Origin: Candidatus Zixiibacteriota bacterium
GTDB taxonomy: Bacteria; Zixibacteria; MSB-5A5; GN15; JAAZOE01
DNA length: 64,000 bases
Assembly: GCA_043819555.1 (NCBI GenBank)
Contig: JBDREQ010000073.1
Coordinates: 64,001-128,000 of the forward strand
Direction of reading: 5' to 3'
A program made the translations under genes and the position numbers. The notes beneath the pieces are model-generated. The model worked only from the letters and a program-made list of their open reading frames with translations. It was not told where the DNA came from and made no database searches. Below, piece by piece: positions 9,229-18,504 of the stretch. Every line of letters starts with the position of its first letter. The stretch's first letter is position 1.

Positions 9229-10452
9229 ATGCCATACGAGAGATTTTCGCGACATCTGCAAACCCAGATTGATGAACTGAATTCCACCGGTACGGCCAAG
9301 GGCAAAGAACTGGTTGTGACCGAGGTTCTAAGAGCCAACGGAACACGCGGCCCGTGTTTCAAGCTTGACGGTTACGGCGACAAAGAATTTATTCGGATGA
9401 ATTCAAATTCGTATTTGGGTTTGCAATTTCAGGGACATATGCTCAAAGCTGAAGAAGATGGCGCTCAAAAATATGGGGTCGGTCCCGGTGCAGTCAGGTT
9501 TATCAGCGGCACATACGAACCTCATATCGAACTTGAAAAACGATTGGCGATATTTCATGGCCGTGATGACTGTATGCTCAACAGCTCCGCTTATACGACT
9601 GTTCTTGGCGTTATCTCGACTCTGGCGACGCCTGAAACAATTATTATCTCCGATGAGCTCAATCACAATTGTATTATAAATGCCATGAAACTGGCCCGAC
9701 CCAAGGGTAAGAAAATATATAAGCATCTTGATATGAGCCAGCTGGAAGAACAAATCAAGCAATCGATTGGGCAATGCGAGAATATTTTACTTATCACCGA
9801 CGGCGTATTCAGTATGCGCGGAGATTATGCTCCTCTCGAAAAGATTTGCGAAATTACCGAAAAATATAATAGCGATTTTTCAAAAGATATAGTTCTTGTG
9901 GTCGATGATTCGCACGGCGTTGGCGCTTATGGCGCGACAGGGAGAGGCACCGAAGAAATTTGTAATGCCAAAGGTATAGACATATTAGTTGCCACGCTGG
10001 GCAAAGCATTCGGAGTCAACGGTGGTTATATCGTCGCCAATGGAGCCATCGTGCCATATCTGCGAGAGAAAAATCCGTTCTATATATATACCAATCCAAT
10101 CACTCCGTCGGAAACGACAACCGCTCTGCAGGCGCTGGCAACACTCGACAGCGATGCCGGCAAAGCGCTTCTAAAGCATCTATCTAAAATGACTAAAAAA
10201 TTTGAGCAAGGGCTTCTGGATTTGGGATTCGAAACGATTCCTTCTCCGCATCCGATTGTGCCGCTTCTCGTGCGAGATACTGAAAAGACGACGAGACTTG
10301 TGAAATATCTGCGCGATAATGGCGTTCTGGGTACGGGTCTGAATTATCCGGTGGTTCCGAAAGGCGATGAAACGATTCGCTTTCAGGTCTGCGCCGACCA
10401 TACGGCATATGATATTGATTGTGTTCTGGAAGTATTGAAGAAGTTTGAATAG
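9229..10452 (+). CDS. kbl: 2-amino-3-ketobutyrate CoA ligase (glycine C-acetyltransferase), class II PLP enzyme
   Basis: SNSYLGL, GAVRFISGT, SDELNHNCII, DGVFSMRG, DDSHG, TLGKAFG; follows threonine dehydrogenase. Confidence 0.85.
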   Translation: MPYERFSRHLQTQIDELNSTGTAKGKELVVTEVLRANGTRGPCFKLDGYGDKEFIRMNSNSYLGLQFQGHMLKAEEDGAQKYGVGPGAVRFISGTYEPHIELEKRLAIFHGRDDCMLNSSAYTTVLGVISTLATPETIIISDELNHNCIINAMKLARPKGKKIYKHLDMSQLEEQIKQSIGQCENILLITDGVFSMRGDYAPLEKICEITEKYNSDFSKDIVLVVDDSHGVGAYGATGRGTEEICNAKGIDILVATLGKAFGVNGGYIVANGAIVPYLREKNPFYIYTNPITPSETTTALQALATLDSDAGKALLKHLSKMTKKFEQGLLDLGFETIPSPHPIVPLLVRDTEKTTRLVKYLRDNGVLGTGLNYPVVPKGDETIRFQVCADHTAYDIDCVLEVLKKFE

Positions 10453-10467
10453 ATGATTTAATGCTAA

Positions 10468-10634
10468 CCGTCAGTTTACAATTTCGCTTTTCGCGAAATC
10501 AAGAACTGACGGAACAGCCAATAGGGCAGCATCCCCGCTATGCTGCCATTAATTGAATTAAATTATCGCGCTATGCGCGATTGGCGGGATCTTTCTCGCT
10601 ACACTCGAAACCTTCAGCAGGGCTCCTGACCTAC
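10468..10634. repeat. Stack of palindromic/REP-like elements between convergent genes
   Basis: CCGTCAGTT..AACTGACGG (10468-10512); ATAG-GGCAGCAT..ATGCTGCC (10521-10547); minus-strand GTAGGTCAGGAGCCC ending at 10634. Confidence 0.55.
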
Positions 10635-10646
10635 TGTTAAAAAATT

Positions 10647-12065
10647 TCACATCTTCAAATTAAAACACACCACTTTGGGTTCGGTCATTTCCTGGAGGGA
10701 GAATTTTAATCCTTCGCGACCGAGGCCGGAATATTTCACGCCGCCGAACGGCATCGAATCCAAACGATAATCGGTCGAGTCGTTTATCATAACGCCGCCG
10801 CAATCAAGCTCATACGAAGCCTTAAAAGCGATATCAATATTATTTGTAAAAATCGCCGCCAGTAGTCCATAGGGGAGAGAATTGGCTTCTGCTATGGCTT
10901 TATCCAAATCATTGATATGATAAAAATTAACCGTCGGGCCGAAAACTTCTTCGCAGTGAATCGTGACGCCTTCAGGCAGGTTTTCCAAAACAGTCGGCTC
11001 GTACAATGCGCCGTTACGTTTTCCCCCGGTCAATAATGTTGTCCCTTTTTCAACCGCTTCATTGACCCATTTCTCAACCCTTATTGCTTCGGCTTCCGTT
11101 ATCATCGGACCCATGTCGGTTTCTTCCTTCATCTTATCGCCGATGATATATTTTTTCGTCTGTGCCACGAATTTATTTTTAAATTCATCATAAATATCAT
11201 CATGAATCAATAGCCTCTGGACACCAATGCAGTTTTGACCCGCCGCCCAGAATGAACCGGATACGCATGATTCAACCGCCAGATCAATATCGGCATCTTT
11301 CCAAACAATAACGGGCGAATTGGACCCGAGCTCCATTCCGATCTTCTTAATTCCGGCTTTGGCCGCGATCTGTTTCCCAGCCTCGACTCCGCCCGTGAAA
11401 GAAATCATCCGCACCCGTTCATCACTAACAAGGGCATCTCCAATCTTGGAACCATACCCGGTAATGACCTGAATCGCTTGTGGTGGTAATCCTGCTTCGA
11501 GCATTGCCTCGACAAGTTTAATCGCCGACAGCGGAGTGACCGTAGCAGGTTTTAATATGACAGAATTTCCGGCCGCGAACGCCGGGCCGATTTTATGAGC
11601 CACCAGATTCAACGGATCGTTGATCGGCGTAATAGCCAAAATAACACCGATTGGAAAACGATAATAATACCCCTTGCGATTTTCTCCTCCGGGAAATGAA
11701 TCGAACGGAATTGTTTCGCCCAATATACGCTTGGCCTCTTCAGCCGAGCAGGTAATAGTATTGACGCAGCGCGACGCCTCCTTCCGGGCTTCACGAATTG
11801 TCTTGGAACCTTCCCGGGCAATCGTCTCGGCGAATTCATCAAGCCTCTCAGAAATAATTTTCGCCGTCTTGAATAGAATTTGAGCCCGCTCATATACGGT
11901 CATTTTCTTCGTGATTTCAAATCCCGCGACTGCGGATTTGAGGGCCGTTTCAACGTCTTTTACCGTTCCGGCAGGAACGGTATCTATTATTGAATTATCG
12001 AACGGGTCGCTTACTTCAATTTTAGTCTCTCTATCGACCCATTCGCCGTTTAAAAGCATTTTCAT
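10647..12065 (-). CDS. NAD(P)-dependent aldehyde dehydrogenase
   Basis: ITPINDP, KPA, FTGG, catalytic ELGSN and GQNC, EEVFGP, PFGGVKYSG. Confidence 0.93.
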   Translation of the reverse strand: MKMLLNGEWVDRETKIEVSDPFDNSIIDTVPAGTVKDVETALKSAVAGFEITKKMTVYERAQILFKTAKIISERLDEFAETIAREGSKTIREARKEASRCVNTITCSAEEAKRILGETIPFDSFPGGENRKGYYYRFPIGVILAITPINDPLNLVAHKIGPAFAAGNSVILKPATVTPLSAIKLVEAMLEAGLPPQAIQVITGYGSKIGDALVSDERVRMISFTGGVEAGKQIAAKAGIKKIGMELGSNSPVIVWKDADIDLAVESCVSGSFWAAGQNCIGVQRLLIHDDIYDEFKNKFVAQTKKYIIGDKMKEETDMGPMITEAEAIRVEKWVNEAVEKGTTLLTGGKRNGALYEPTVLENLPEGVTIHCEEVFGPTVNFYHINDLDKAIAEANSLPYGLLAAIFTNNIDIAFKASYELDCGGVMINDSTDYRLDSMPFGGVKYSGLGREGLKFSLQEMTEPKVVCFNLKM

Positions 12066-13099
12066 TGTTTTCCCCCTGCGTAAATGATATCAACCAGCGC
12101 ACTGTAGCCGGTTTCGATTTTGCCCGCTCCAGGTCCTATGATAGTGATATCGCCCAAAGTATCGTTTGTTATCGTAATTGCATTTATAGCGCCCATAACC
12201 CCCGCCAGAGGATGCGATATGTCGATTTCCTGCGGTGCCACGCCGGCTCGGACTTCTCCGTTTTCTTTCCAAACGCGGCCAATTAATTTATACCTCTTGC
12301 CATTGCATTTGGCGCGGGCGATATCCTGAAGAGAAATACTCGTAATTCCTTCGCAGCTAAAATCCTGTGGTTTGGCTCTGGCTCCGAAAACAGCATTTGC
12401 CAAAATAGTGACTTTGGCCAAAGCATCCCATCCCAAGACATCGGCGTCAGGAACAGCTTCGGCATACCCAAGTTCCTGCGCCTTTTTGAGAGCTTCGCTA
12501 TAATCCATACCTACTTCCATTTGGGATAGGATATAGTTGGTTGTACCATTTAGAATGCCCTTGATTTCAGTGATTTCGCTTCCGATAAGAGTCTCTCGAA
12601 TCAGGTTAAGAAGGGGCGTACCGCTTATTACCGTTCCTTCATAGTAAAAACCGACGCCATTCTTTTTTGCCAACTGTTTCAATTCATGGAAATACAAAGC
12701 AACCGGTCCCTTATTCATAGTCGTCACATGCATGCCGTTTTCCAGGGCGGCCCGAATATGGGAAGTCGCGGGCTCGGCCGTTTTTATATCGGTGTAAGTA
12801 GCTTCGACCATCATATCCGCCTTGGCATGGTTTATCAATTGCAAGGCATCTCCCTCGAAATTATCGGGCAGTTCATTTAGTTTTTTCCCTTCTTTAATAG
12901 TATCCAGGATAAACTGCAAATCGATACCGTTCTCTTGATAAATACTCCCGTGCCGCATATCGGCTATGCCGACTACTGAAATTCCTTCAACCATAAGATT
13001 GGAAAGCATTTTAGATTTTTTAATAAGTAATTCTGCCAATCCCTGCCCCACGGTGCCAAACCCAATGATCAATAATCGCAAGTTGTCCTCCTTTTTCAC
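12062..13099 (-). CDS. hom: Homoserine dehydrogenase (no ACT domain)
   Basis: GFGTVG, NKGP, GILNGTTNYIL, AQELGYAEA.P..DV.G.DA..K, GPGAG..ETG; stop overlaps the ALDH start. Confidence 0.9.
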   Translation of the reverse strand: MKKEDNLRLLIIGFGTVGQGLAELLIKKSKMLSNLMVEGISVVGIADMRHGSIYQENGIDLQFILDTIKEGKKLNELPDNFEGDALQLINHAKADMMVEATYTDIKTAEPATSHIRAALENGMHVTTMNKGPVALYFHELKQLAKKNGVGFYYEGTVISGTPLLNLIRETLIGSEITEIKGILNGTTNYILSQMEVGMDYSEALKKAQELGYAEAVPDADVLGWDALAKVTILANAVFGARAKPQDFSCEGITSISLQDIARAKCNGKRYKLIGRVWKENGEVRAGVAPQEIDISHPLAGVMGAINAITITNDTLGDITIIGPGAGKIETGYSALVDIIYAGGKQ

Positions 13100-13296
13100 T
13101 CGGTGTCAAACTATAATGTACTTTAGTCTTAAACCCTCTGTTTGCTATAGACGAATATTCTCAACAAATATTTAATTATTTTTGGAAAATCTCAAATCGA
13201 GACCTCCAAAAAACTATTATGATGATAAGTAAAAAAAAGTGAAAGGGCAATCCACAAAATATGTCCACAAAATATGCAAAAAGGAAAATACGCAGC

Positions 13297-13325
13297 TTGC
13301 CTTTTTACTTCGCCTATTGTATAAT
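13297..13325 (+). promoter_or_regulatory. sigma70-type promoter of the HMGS operon
   Basis: TTGCCT-N17-TATAAT. Confidence 0.55.
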
Positions 13326-13396
13326 ACTGAACTTTGCGTATTTATAGTATGACGCCGTTAGTAAGTAAGACATAACTTTTGAATAGAGGTATTTAA

Positions 13397-14443
13397 ATGG
13401 TTGGAATAGTTGGTTATGGAGCGCATATACCCCGGCATCGCATCAAAGTAGAAGAAATAGCGAAGGTTTGGGGAGCCGATGCGCCCAGTTACAAGAAAGG
13501 GCTGATGCTTCGCGAGAAATCAGTGCCGACTCCCGATGTCGATACAATTACGCTTTCGGTTGGAGCCGCCAAAAATGCCCTAAAAAGAGCCATGATTAAC
13601 CCCAAAGACATTGGAGCTGTTTATGTTGGTTCCGAATCACATCCCTACGCGGTTAAGCCGTCAGGGACTGTAGTGGCTGAAGCGATTGGATGTGTTCCCG
13701 ATTGCCATTGCGCCGATTTTGAATTTGCCTGTAAAGCCGGTTCTGAAGCGATGTTTGTTACTTTGGGACTTGTAAAATCAGGATTTATAAAATACGGCCT
13801 GGCCATCGGAGGCGATACCTCGCAGGGAGCCCCTGGCGACGCCCTGGAGTATTCGGCCGCGGCCGGAGCGGCGGCGTTTATCATGGGTAAAAAAGATTTA
13901 ATTGCAGAATGTATCGATACTTATTCATTTATGACCGATACGCCCGATTTTTGGAGACGCGAATATGAATTTTATCCTCAGCACGGCGGACGTTTCACTG
14001 GTGAACCGGCATATTTTAGGACTGTTACCGGCGCCGCTAACGGGATATTAAAAAAAGTAAACATGAAACCTAAAGATTTCGATTATGTGATTTTTCACCA
14101 GCCAAACGGTAAATTTCCTCAGAGGATTGGTAAGAGACTCGGTTTCACTCCCAAACAAATAGAACCGGGCTGGCTGGCTCCAAGGCTGGGCAATACTTAT
14201 TCAGGGGCTTCGCCGATTGGCCTGACTTCAACTCTTGATATTTCCAAACCAGGCGACATGATTCTGATGATTTCTTATGGCTCTGGAGCCGGTTCTGATG
14301 CTTTCGTCTGGAAAGTCACCGACCGCATAAACGAAGTCCGCGATCTGGCCGTTCATACGACTACTTTGCTGGATCAAAATAAAACTTACGTCGATTACGG
14401 CACTTACGCCAAATACCGGCACAAAATCCTGAAGAATAATTAG
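13397..14443 (+). CDS. Hydroxymethylglutaryl-CoA synthase, archaeal type
   Basis: GSESHPYAVKP, catalytic FACKAG, GAPGDALEY, DTPDFWRRE, HQPNGKFP, GNTYSG, SYGSGAG. Confidence 0.9.
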   Translation: MVGIVGYGAHIPRHRIKVEEIAKVWGADAPSYKKGLMLREKSVPTPDVDTITLSVGAAKNALKRAMINPKDIGAVYVGSESHPYAVKPSGTVVAEAIGCVPDCHCADFEFACKAGSEAMFVTLGLVKSGFIKYGLAIGGDTSQGAPGDALEYSAAAGAAAFIMGKKDLIAECIDTYSFMTDTPDFWRREYEFYPQHGGRFTGEPAYFRTVTGAANGILKKVNMKPKDFDYVIFHQPNGKFPQRIGKRLGFTPKQIEPGWLAPRLGNTYSGASPIGLTSTLDISKPGDMILMISYGSGAGSDAFVWKVTDRINEVRDLAVHTTTLLDQNKTYVDYGTYAKYRHKILKNN

Positions 14444-14455
14444 GAGGAAATGAAG

Positions 14456-15616
14456 ATGAGAGATGTTGCTGTTGTCGGTATAGGTATCATGAAATGGGGT
14501 GAGTTGTGGGAAAAATCGTTCCGCGATATTTTCACTGAAGCCGCCCTGAATGCTATGGATGATGCCGGTATCGATAAAATAGATTCATTGATAGTGGGAT
14601 GTATGACAGGCGGGATGTTTGTCGGTCAGGAACATGTCGGCGCAATTATGGCCGATTACCTCGGCCAGCGCCACATTCCGGCGGCGCATGTGGAATCTGC
14701 CTGCGCCTCCGGCGGGCTTGCGTTTCGCCAGGCCATGATTGAAGTTGCCTCTGGAATTTCCGATATCGTGATGGCCGGCGGCGTTGAAAAAATGACTGAC
14801 ATTTCCGGCGACGGCGCGACTTATGCTCTGGCTGCGGCCGCCGATCAGGAATATGAAGTATTTCATGGCGTGACTTTTCCGGGTCTCTATGCCATGATGG
14901 CCCGCGTTTACATGAAAAAGTATAAAACGACCCGCCGCCAGCTTTCGGCGGTGCCTTATAAGGCGCATCAGAATGGATCCAAAAATCCTTATGCTCAGTA
15001 TCCATTTCCAATTAAGATTGAGGATGTGGAAAACGGCGTCAAAGTCGCCGACCCTTTGCATATTCTGGATTGCTCTCCGATAACCGATGGCGCCGCGGCT
15101 TGTATTTTAACGACGGTTGATATCGCCAAAAAAATGAAAAAACCGTATATACGGATTACCGGTTCGGCGATGGCGACCGATACGATTGCGCTGCATCAGC
15201 GAGAAAGCCTGACGACTCTTAAATCAACTGAGTTGGCCGGAAAGAAAGCGCTTGCGATGGCCGGTCGGAAAATCAGCGATATTGATTTGGTCGAAGTTCA
15301 TGATTGTTTTTCAATCGCGGAAATCATCGTCACCGAATCGCTCGGGTTTTTCAAACCGGGTCAGGGAGCCAATGCGGCCGCCTCTGGCGCCACAGCGCTG
15401 GATGGTAAAATTCCGGTTAATCCTTCAGGCGGGCTAAAATCAAAAGGTCATCCAGTCGGTGCGACCGGTATCGGTCAGGTTGTGGAGATTGTCAAGCAGC
15501 TTCGCGGCGAGGCCGAGAATGGCAGACAGATAAAGGGCAATCCCAAAATTGGGATGACTCAAAACATGGGCGGCTCCGGTGCTTCGGCGGTGGTGCATAT
15601 CCTGGAGGTGGCGTGA
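14456..15616 (+). CDS. Acetyl-CoA C-acetyltransferase, archaeal/SCP2-type thiolase
   Basis: [50 protein letters not shown] at 14442. Confidence 0.9.
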   Translation: MRDVAVVGIGIMKWGELWEKSFRDIFTEAALNAMDDAGIDKIDSLIVGCMTGGMFVGQEHVGAIMADYLGQRHIPAAHVESACASGGLAFRQAMIEVASGISDIVMAGGVEKMTDISGDGATYALAAAADQEYEVFHGVTFPGLYAMMARVYMKKYKTTRRQLSAVPYKAHQNGSKNPYAQYPFPIKIEDVENGVKVADPLHILDCSPITDGAAACILTTVDIAKKMKKPYIRITGSAMATDTIALHQRESLTTLKSTELAGKKALAMAGRKISDIDLVEVHDCFSIAEIIVTESLGFFKPGQGANAAASGATALDGKIPVNPSGGLKSKGHPVGATGIGQVVEIVKQLRGEAENGRQIKGNPKIGMTQNMGGSGASAVVHILEVA

Positions 15617-16011
15617 TGTTTCCATCAAGAATCTGGAGAGAAATGCCTCAGCGTTACCGCCTCGAGGCCTCAATTTGTAAAAAATGCGGAAAACGATTTT
15701 ATCCGCCGCGGCTGATTTGTGACAAATGCGGTTGCCGTAAATTCGAGCTGTATAATTTACCTGAAGAAGGAAAATTGCAAACATTTACGGTCATTCGTAC
15801 ACCGGCTTCGCAGTTTTCTGACCAGGCACCGTATGCGATAGGAATAGTTAAATTTGACGATGGTCTTCAAATGACGGCGCAGATCGTTGATTGCGATGTG
15901 GATAAACTGAAAATCGGCCAGAAAGTCAGGCTTGAATTCAGACGCATTCAAACTGACCAATCGCATGGCGTTTTGAGTTATTCCTATAAACTCGTACCTA
16001 AATGGTATTAG
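15616..16011 (+). CDS. DUF35 Zn-ribbon/OB-fold protein
   Basis: CKKCG..YPPR..CDKCG rubredoxin-like ribbon plus OB fold; TGATG coupling to the thiolase. Confidence 0.9.
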   Translation: MFPSRIWREMPQRYRLEASICKKCGKRFYPPRLICDKCGCRKFELYNLPEEGKLQTFTVIRTPASQFSDQAPYAIGIVKFDDGLQMTAQIVDCDVDKLKIGQKVRLEFRRIQTDQSHGVLSYSYKLVPKWY

Positions 16012-16016
16012 ACAAT

Positions 16017-16043
16017 AAAAGGGCTTCCGCGTGAAGCCCTTTT
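16017..16043 (+). terminator. Rho-independent terminator
   Basis: AAAAGGGCTTC-CGCGT-GAAGCCCTTTT. Confidence 0.7.
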
Positions 16044-16102
16044 CTATATATTTCAGCAGGGGTGTAATACAAAGAAATGTGTTATTAATCTGATAGGAAA
16101 AT

Positions 16103-17710
16103 ATGTTTAAAATCGAATCAAAAATTAATACCAGTTCGTCAGCCTTTAAGGAAAACGACAAATTAAATCGAGAAGCCGCTCGTCTATACAAACAGCGAAT
16201 CGAAGAAATTAAATTGGGCGGCACGGATAAGGCCCGAAAGTTGCATACCGAGCGCGGCAAGATACTACCGCGCGAGCGGGTCGAAAAACTCCTCGATAAA
16301 AATACGCCATTTCTTGAATTGTCGCCTCTGGCCGCCTACGATATGTATAAGGGCAAAGCCCCCGGCGCGGGTGTAATAACCGGTATCGGAATTATCCAGG
16401 GTCGGGAAGTTATGATTGTCGCCAATGATGCGACGGTCAAGGGCGGAACTTATTTTCCGGAAACAATCAAGAAACATATTCGGGCTCAGGATATCGCGCT
16501 TGAAAATAACTTGCCGTGCGTCTACCTGGTCGACTCCGGGGGTATTTTTCTGCCCCAGCAGGCTGGTGTATTTGCCGATAAAGAACACTTTGGCCATATC
16601 TTTTTCAACCAGGCCAGACTATCGGCCAATCGCATTCCCCAGATTGCCGTTGTTATGGGCTCATGCACGGCCGGAGGAGCTTACGTTCCGGCCATGTCGG
16701 ACGAAACCGTTATTGTTCGCAAGCAGGGGACGATTTTTATAGGCGGGCCGCCGCTGGTGAAAGCAGCCACCGGCGAAGTCGTTTCTCCAGAGGAACTTGG
16801 TGGCGCCGATGTTCATTGCCGCGTTTCAGGAGTAGCCGATCATTATGCTCAGAATGATGCCCACGCGATCTCGATTACTCGCAACATTGTTGAAAATCTC
16901 GAAAGAACTCAGAAGTTTCCGCTTGATATATCACACCCGGAAGAACCGCACTATGATCCTGAAGAGTTATATGGCGTTGTGCCCAATGATCTCCGCCATC
17001 CGTATGATGTTCGTGAAGTCATAGCCCGCATTGTTGACGGTTCGCGGTTTCATGAATTCAAGGAATTATATGCCCCGACTCTCATAACCGGATTTACCCG
17101 CATTATGGGTTATCCGGTTGGTATTCTGGGAAATAATGGCGTTATCTTTGGCGAATCATCCCAAAAAGGCGCTCATTTTGTCGAGCTTTGCTGCGTTCGC
17201 AAAATCCCGCTGATATTCCTTCAAAATATCACCGGCTTTATCGTCGGCAAACAATATGAGAGCGGGGGCATCGCCCGCGATGGGGCCAAAATGGTTCATG
17301 CCGTCGCCAATGCACAAGTTCCCAAATTTACGGTTGTCATCGGCGCCTCGCATGGGGCCGGCAACTATGCCATGTGCGGACGGGGATACGAGCCTCGTCT
17401 GATGTGGATGTGGCCGATGGGTAAAATTTCGGTCATGGGAGGAGAGCAGGCCGCCGGGGTTTTAGCTGATGTCAAAGTGGCTCAGATGGCTCGCCAGGAT
17501 ATAACTCTCACCGATGAGGATATTGACGCCATCAAGCAGCCGATTCTTGACCAGTATGAACTCGAGTCATCGCCGTATTATGCCACCGCCCGGCTTTGGG
17601 ATGATGGTATCCTCGATATGACCGAAACCCGGCAGGCATTAGCGCTGGGCATCGCAATGTCGCTCAATCAACATATCCCCGATCATAAGTTCGGGGTCTT
17701 CAGGATGTAA
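16103..17710 (+). CDS. liuB: 3-methylcrotonyl-CoA carboxylase, carboxyltransferase (beta) subunit
   Basis: [48 protein letters not shown]-terminal FGVFRM. Confidence 0.88.
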   Translation: MFKIESKINTSSSAFKENDKLNREAARLYKQRIEEIKLGGTDKARKLHTERGKILPRERVEKLLDKNTPFLELSPLAAYDMYKGKAPGAGVITGIGIIQGREVMIVANDATVKGGTYFPETIKKHIRAQDIALENNLPCVYLVDSGGIFLPQQAGVFADKEHFGHIFFNQARLSANRIPQIAVVMGSCTAGGAYVPAMSDETVIVRKQGTIFIGGPPLVKAATGEVVSPEELGGADVHCRVSGVADHYAQNDAHAISITRNIVENLERTQKFPLDISHPEEPHYDPEELYGVVPNDLRHPYDVREVIARIVDGSRFHEFKELYAPTLITGFTRIMGYPVGILGNNGVIFGESSQKGAHFVELCCVRKIPLIFLQNITGFIVGKQYESGGIARDGAKMVHAVANAQVPKFTVVIGASHGAGNYAMCGRGYEPRLMWMWPMGKISVMGGEQAAGVLADVKVAQMARQDITLTDEDIDAIKQPILDQYELESSPYYATARLWDDGILDMTETRQALALGIAMSLNQHIPDHKFGVFRM

Positions 17711-17715
17711 AGTCG

Positions 17716-18504
17716 ATGCATAAAGAATATAAAACAGTCAAAGTCAAAATAGATGGTCCAGTCGCACGGGTAAGTTTCTGCCGCCCCGAAGTCCACAACG
17801 CTTTCAATGACGTTCTCATTTATGAGATGACCGATCTTTTTGAATCGCTCAAAAAAGTTAAAGGCTTACGAGTAGTAGTATTAACCGGCGAAGGAAAATC
17901 ATTTTGCGCCGGGGCAGATTTGAACTGGATGCGCCGCGTCAAAGATTATAGCTATGAGAAAAACCTCGAAGAATCTCTGGCTCTGGCTGATTTGTTTTAT
18001 CTGATTTATACCATGCCCTTGCCGGTCATCGGACGCATCAACGGAGCGGCCATTGGCGGAGGAACGGGATTTGTCTCGGTATGCGATATATCGGTCGCTG
18101 CCGAATCGGCCAGGTTTTCATTCTCCGAAGTAAAAATCGGAATCGTTCCGGCATGTATCGGGCCCTATGTTATCAAGAAGCTGGGTGAAGGAAAGGCTCG
18201 TGAATTTTTCATCTCGGGTGAGAGATTGACCGCCGCTGATGCATATCGCATTGGGTTGGTTAACCGATACTATCCCGACGACAAACTCGATGAAGAAATT
18301 GACAAATTGATAAATACGCTTCTGTCATCCGGGCCGAATGCCATCACGATGGCCAAAGAACTTGTTTCCAGTGTCCCCGGTATGAAACCCCACGAATTCA
18401 AATCGTATACGGCTGAGATGATTGCCAAATTGCGCTTGTCTGACGAGGGACAGGAAGGGATGGATGCCTTTTTAAATAAACGCAAACCGAACTGGGTAAA
18501 ATAA
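17716..18504 (+). CDS. liuC: Methylglutaconyl-CoA hydratase (crotonase family)
   Basis: RPEVHNAF, FCAGADLNWM, AIGGGTG, SEVKIG.VPA.I.PYV, EGQEGM.AFL.KRKP.W; between the MCC subunits. Confidence 0.82.
   Translation: MHKEYKTVKVKIDGPVARVSFCRPEVHNAFNDVLIYEMTDLFESLKKVKGLRVVVLTGEGKSFCAGADLNWMRRVKDYSYEKNLEESLALADLFYLIYTMPLPVIGRINGAAIGGGTGFVSVCDISVAAESARFSFSEVKIGIVPACIGPYVIKKLGEGKAREFFISGERLTAADAYRIGLVNRYYPDDKLDEEIDKLINTLLSSGPNAITMAKELVSSVPGMKPHEFKSYTAEMIAKLRLSDEGQEGMDAFLNKRKPNWVK

Noticed and set aside
13397..16011. PhlABC-type acyltransferase (DAPG biosynthesis)
   Set aside because: The HMGS-like protein keeps the catalytic Cys/Glu/His and there is no type III PKS (phlD) nearby
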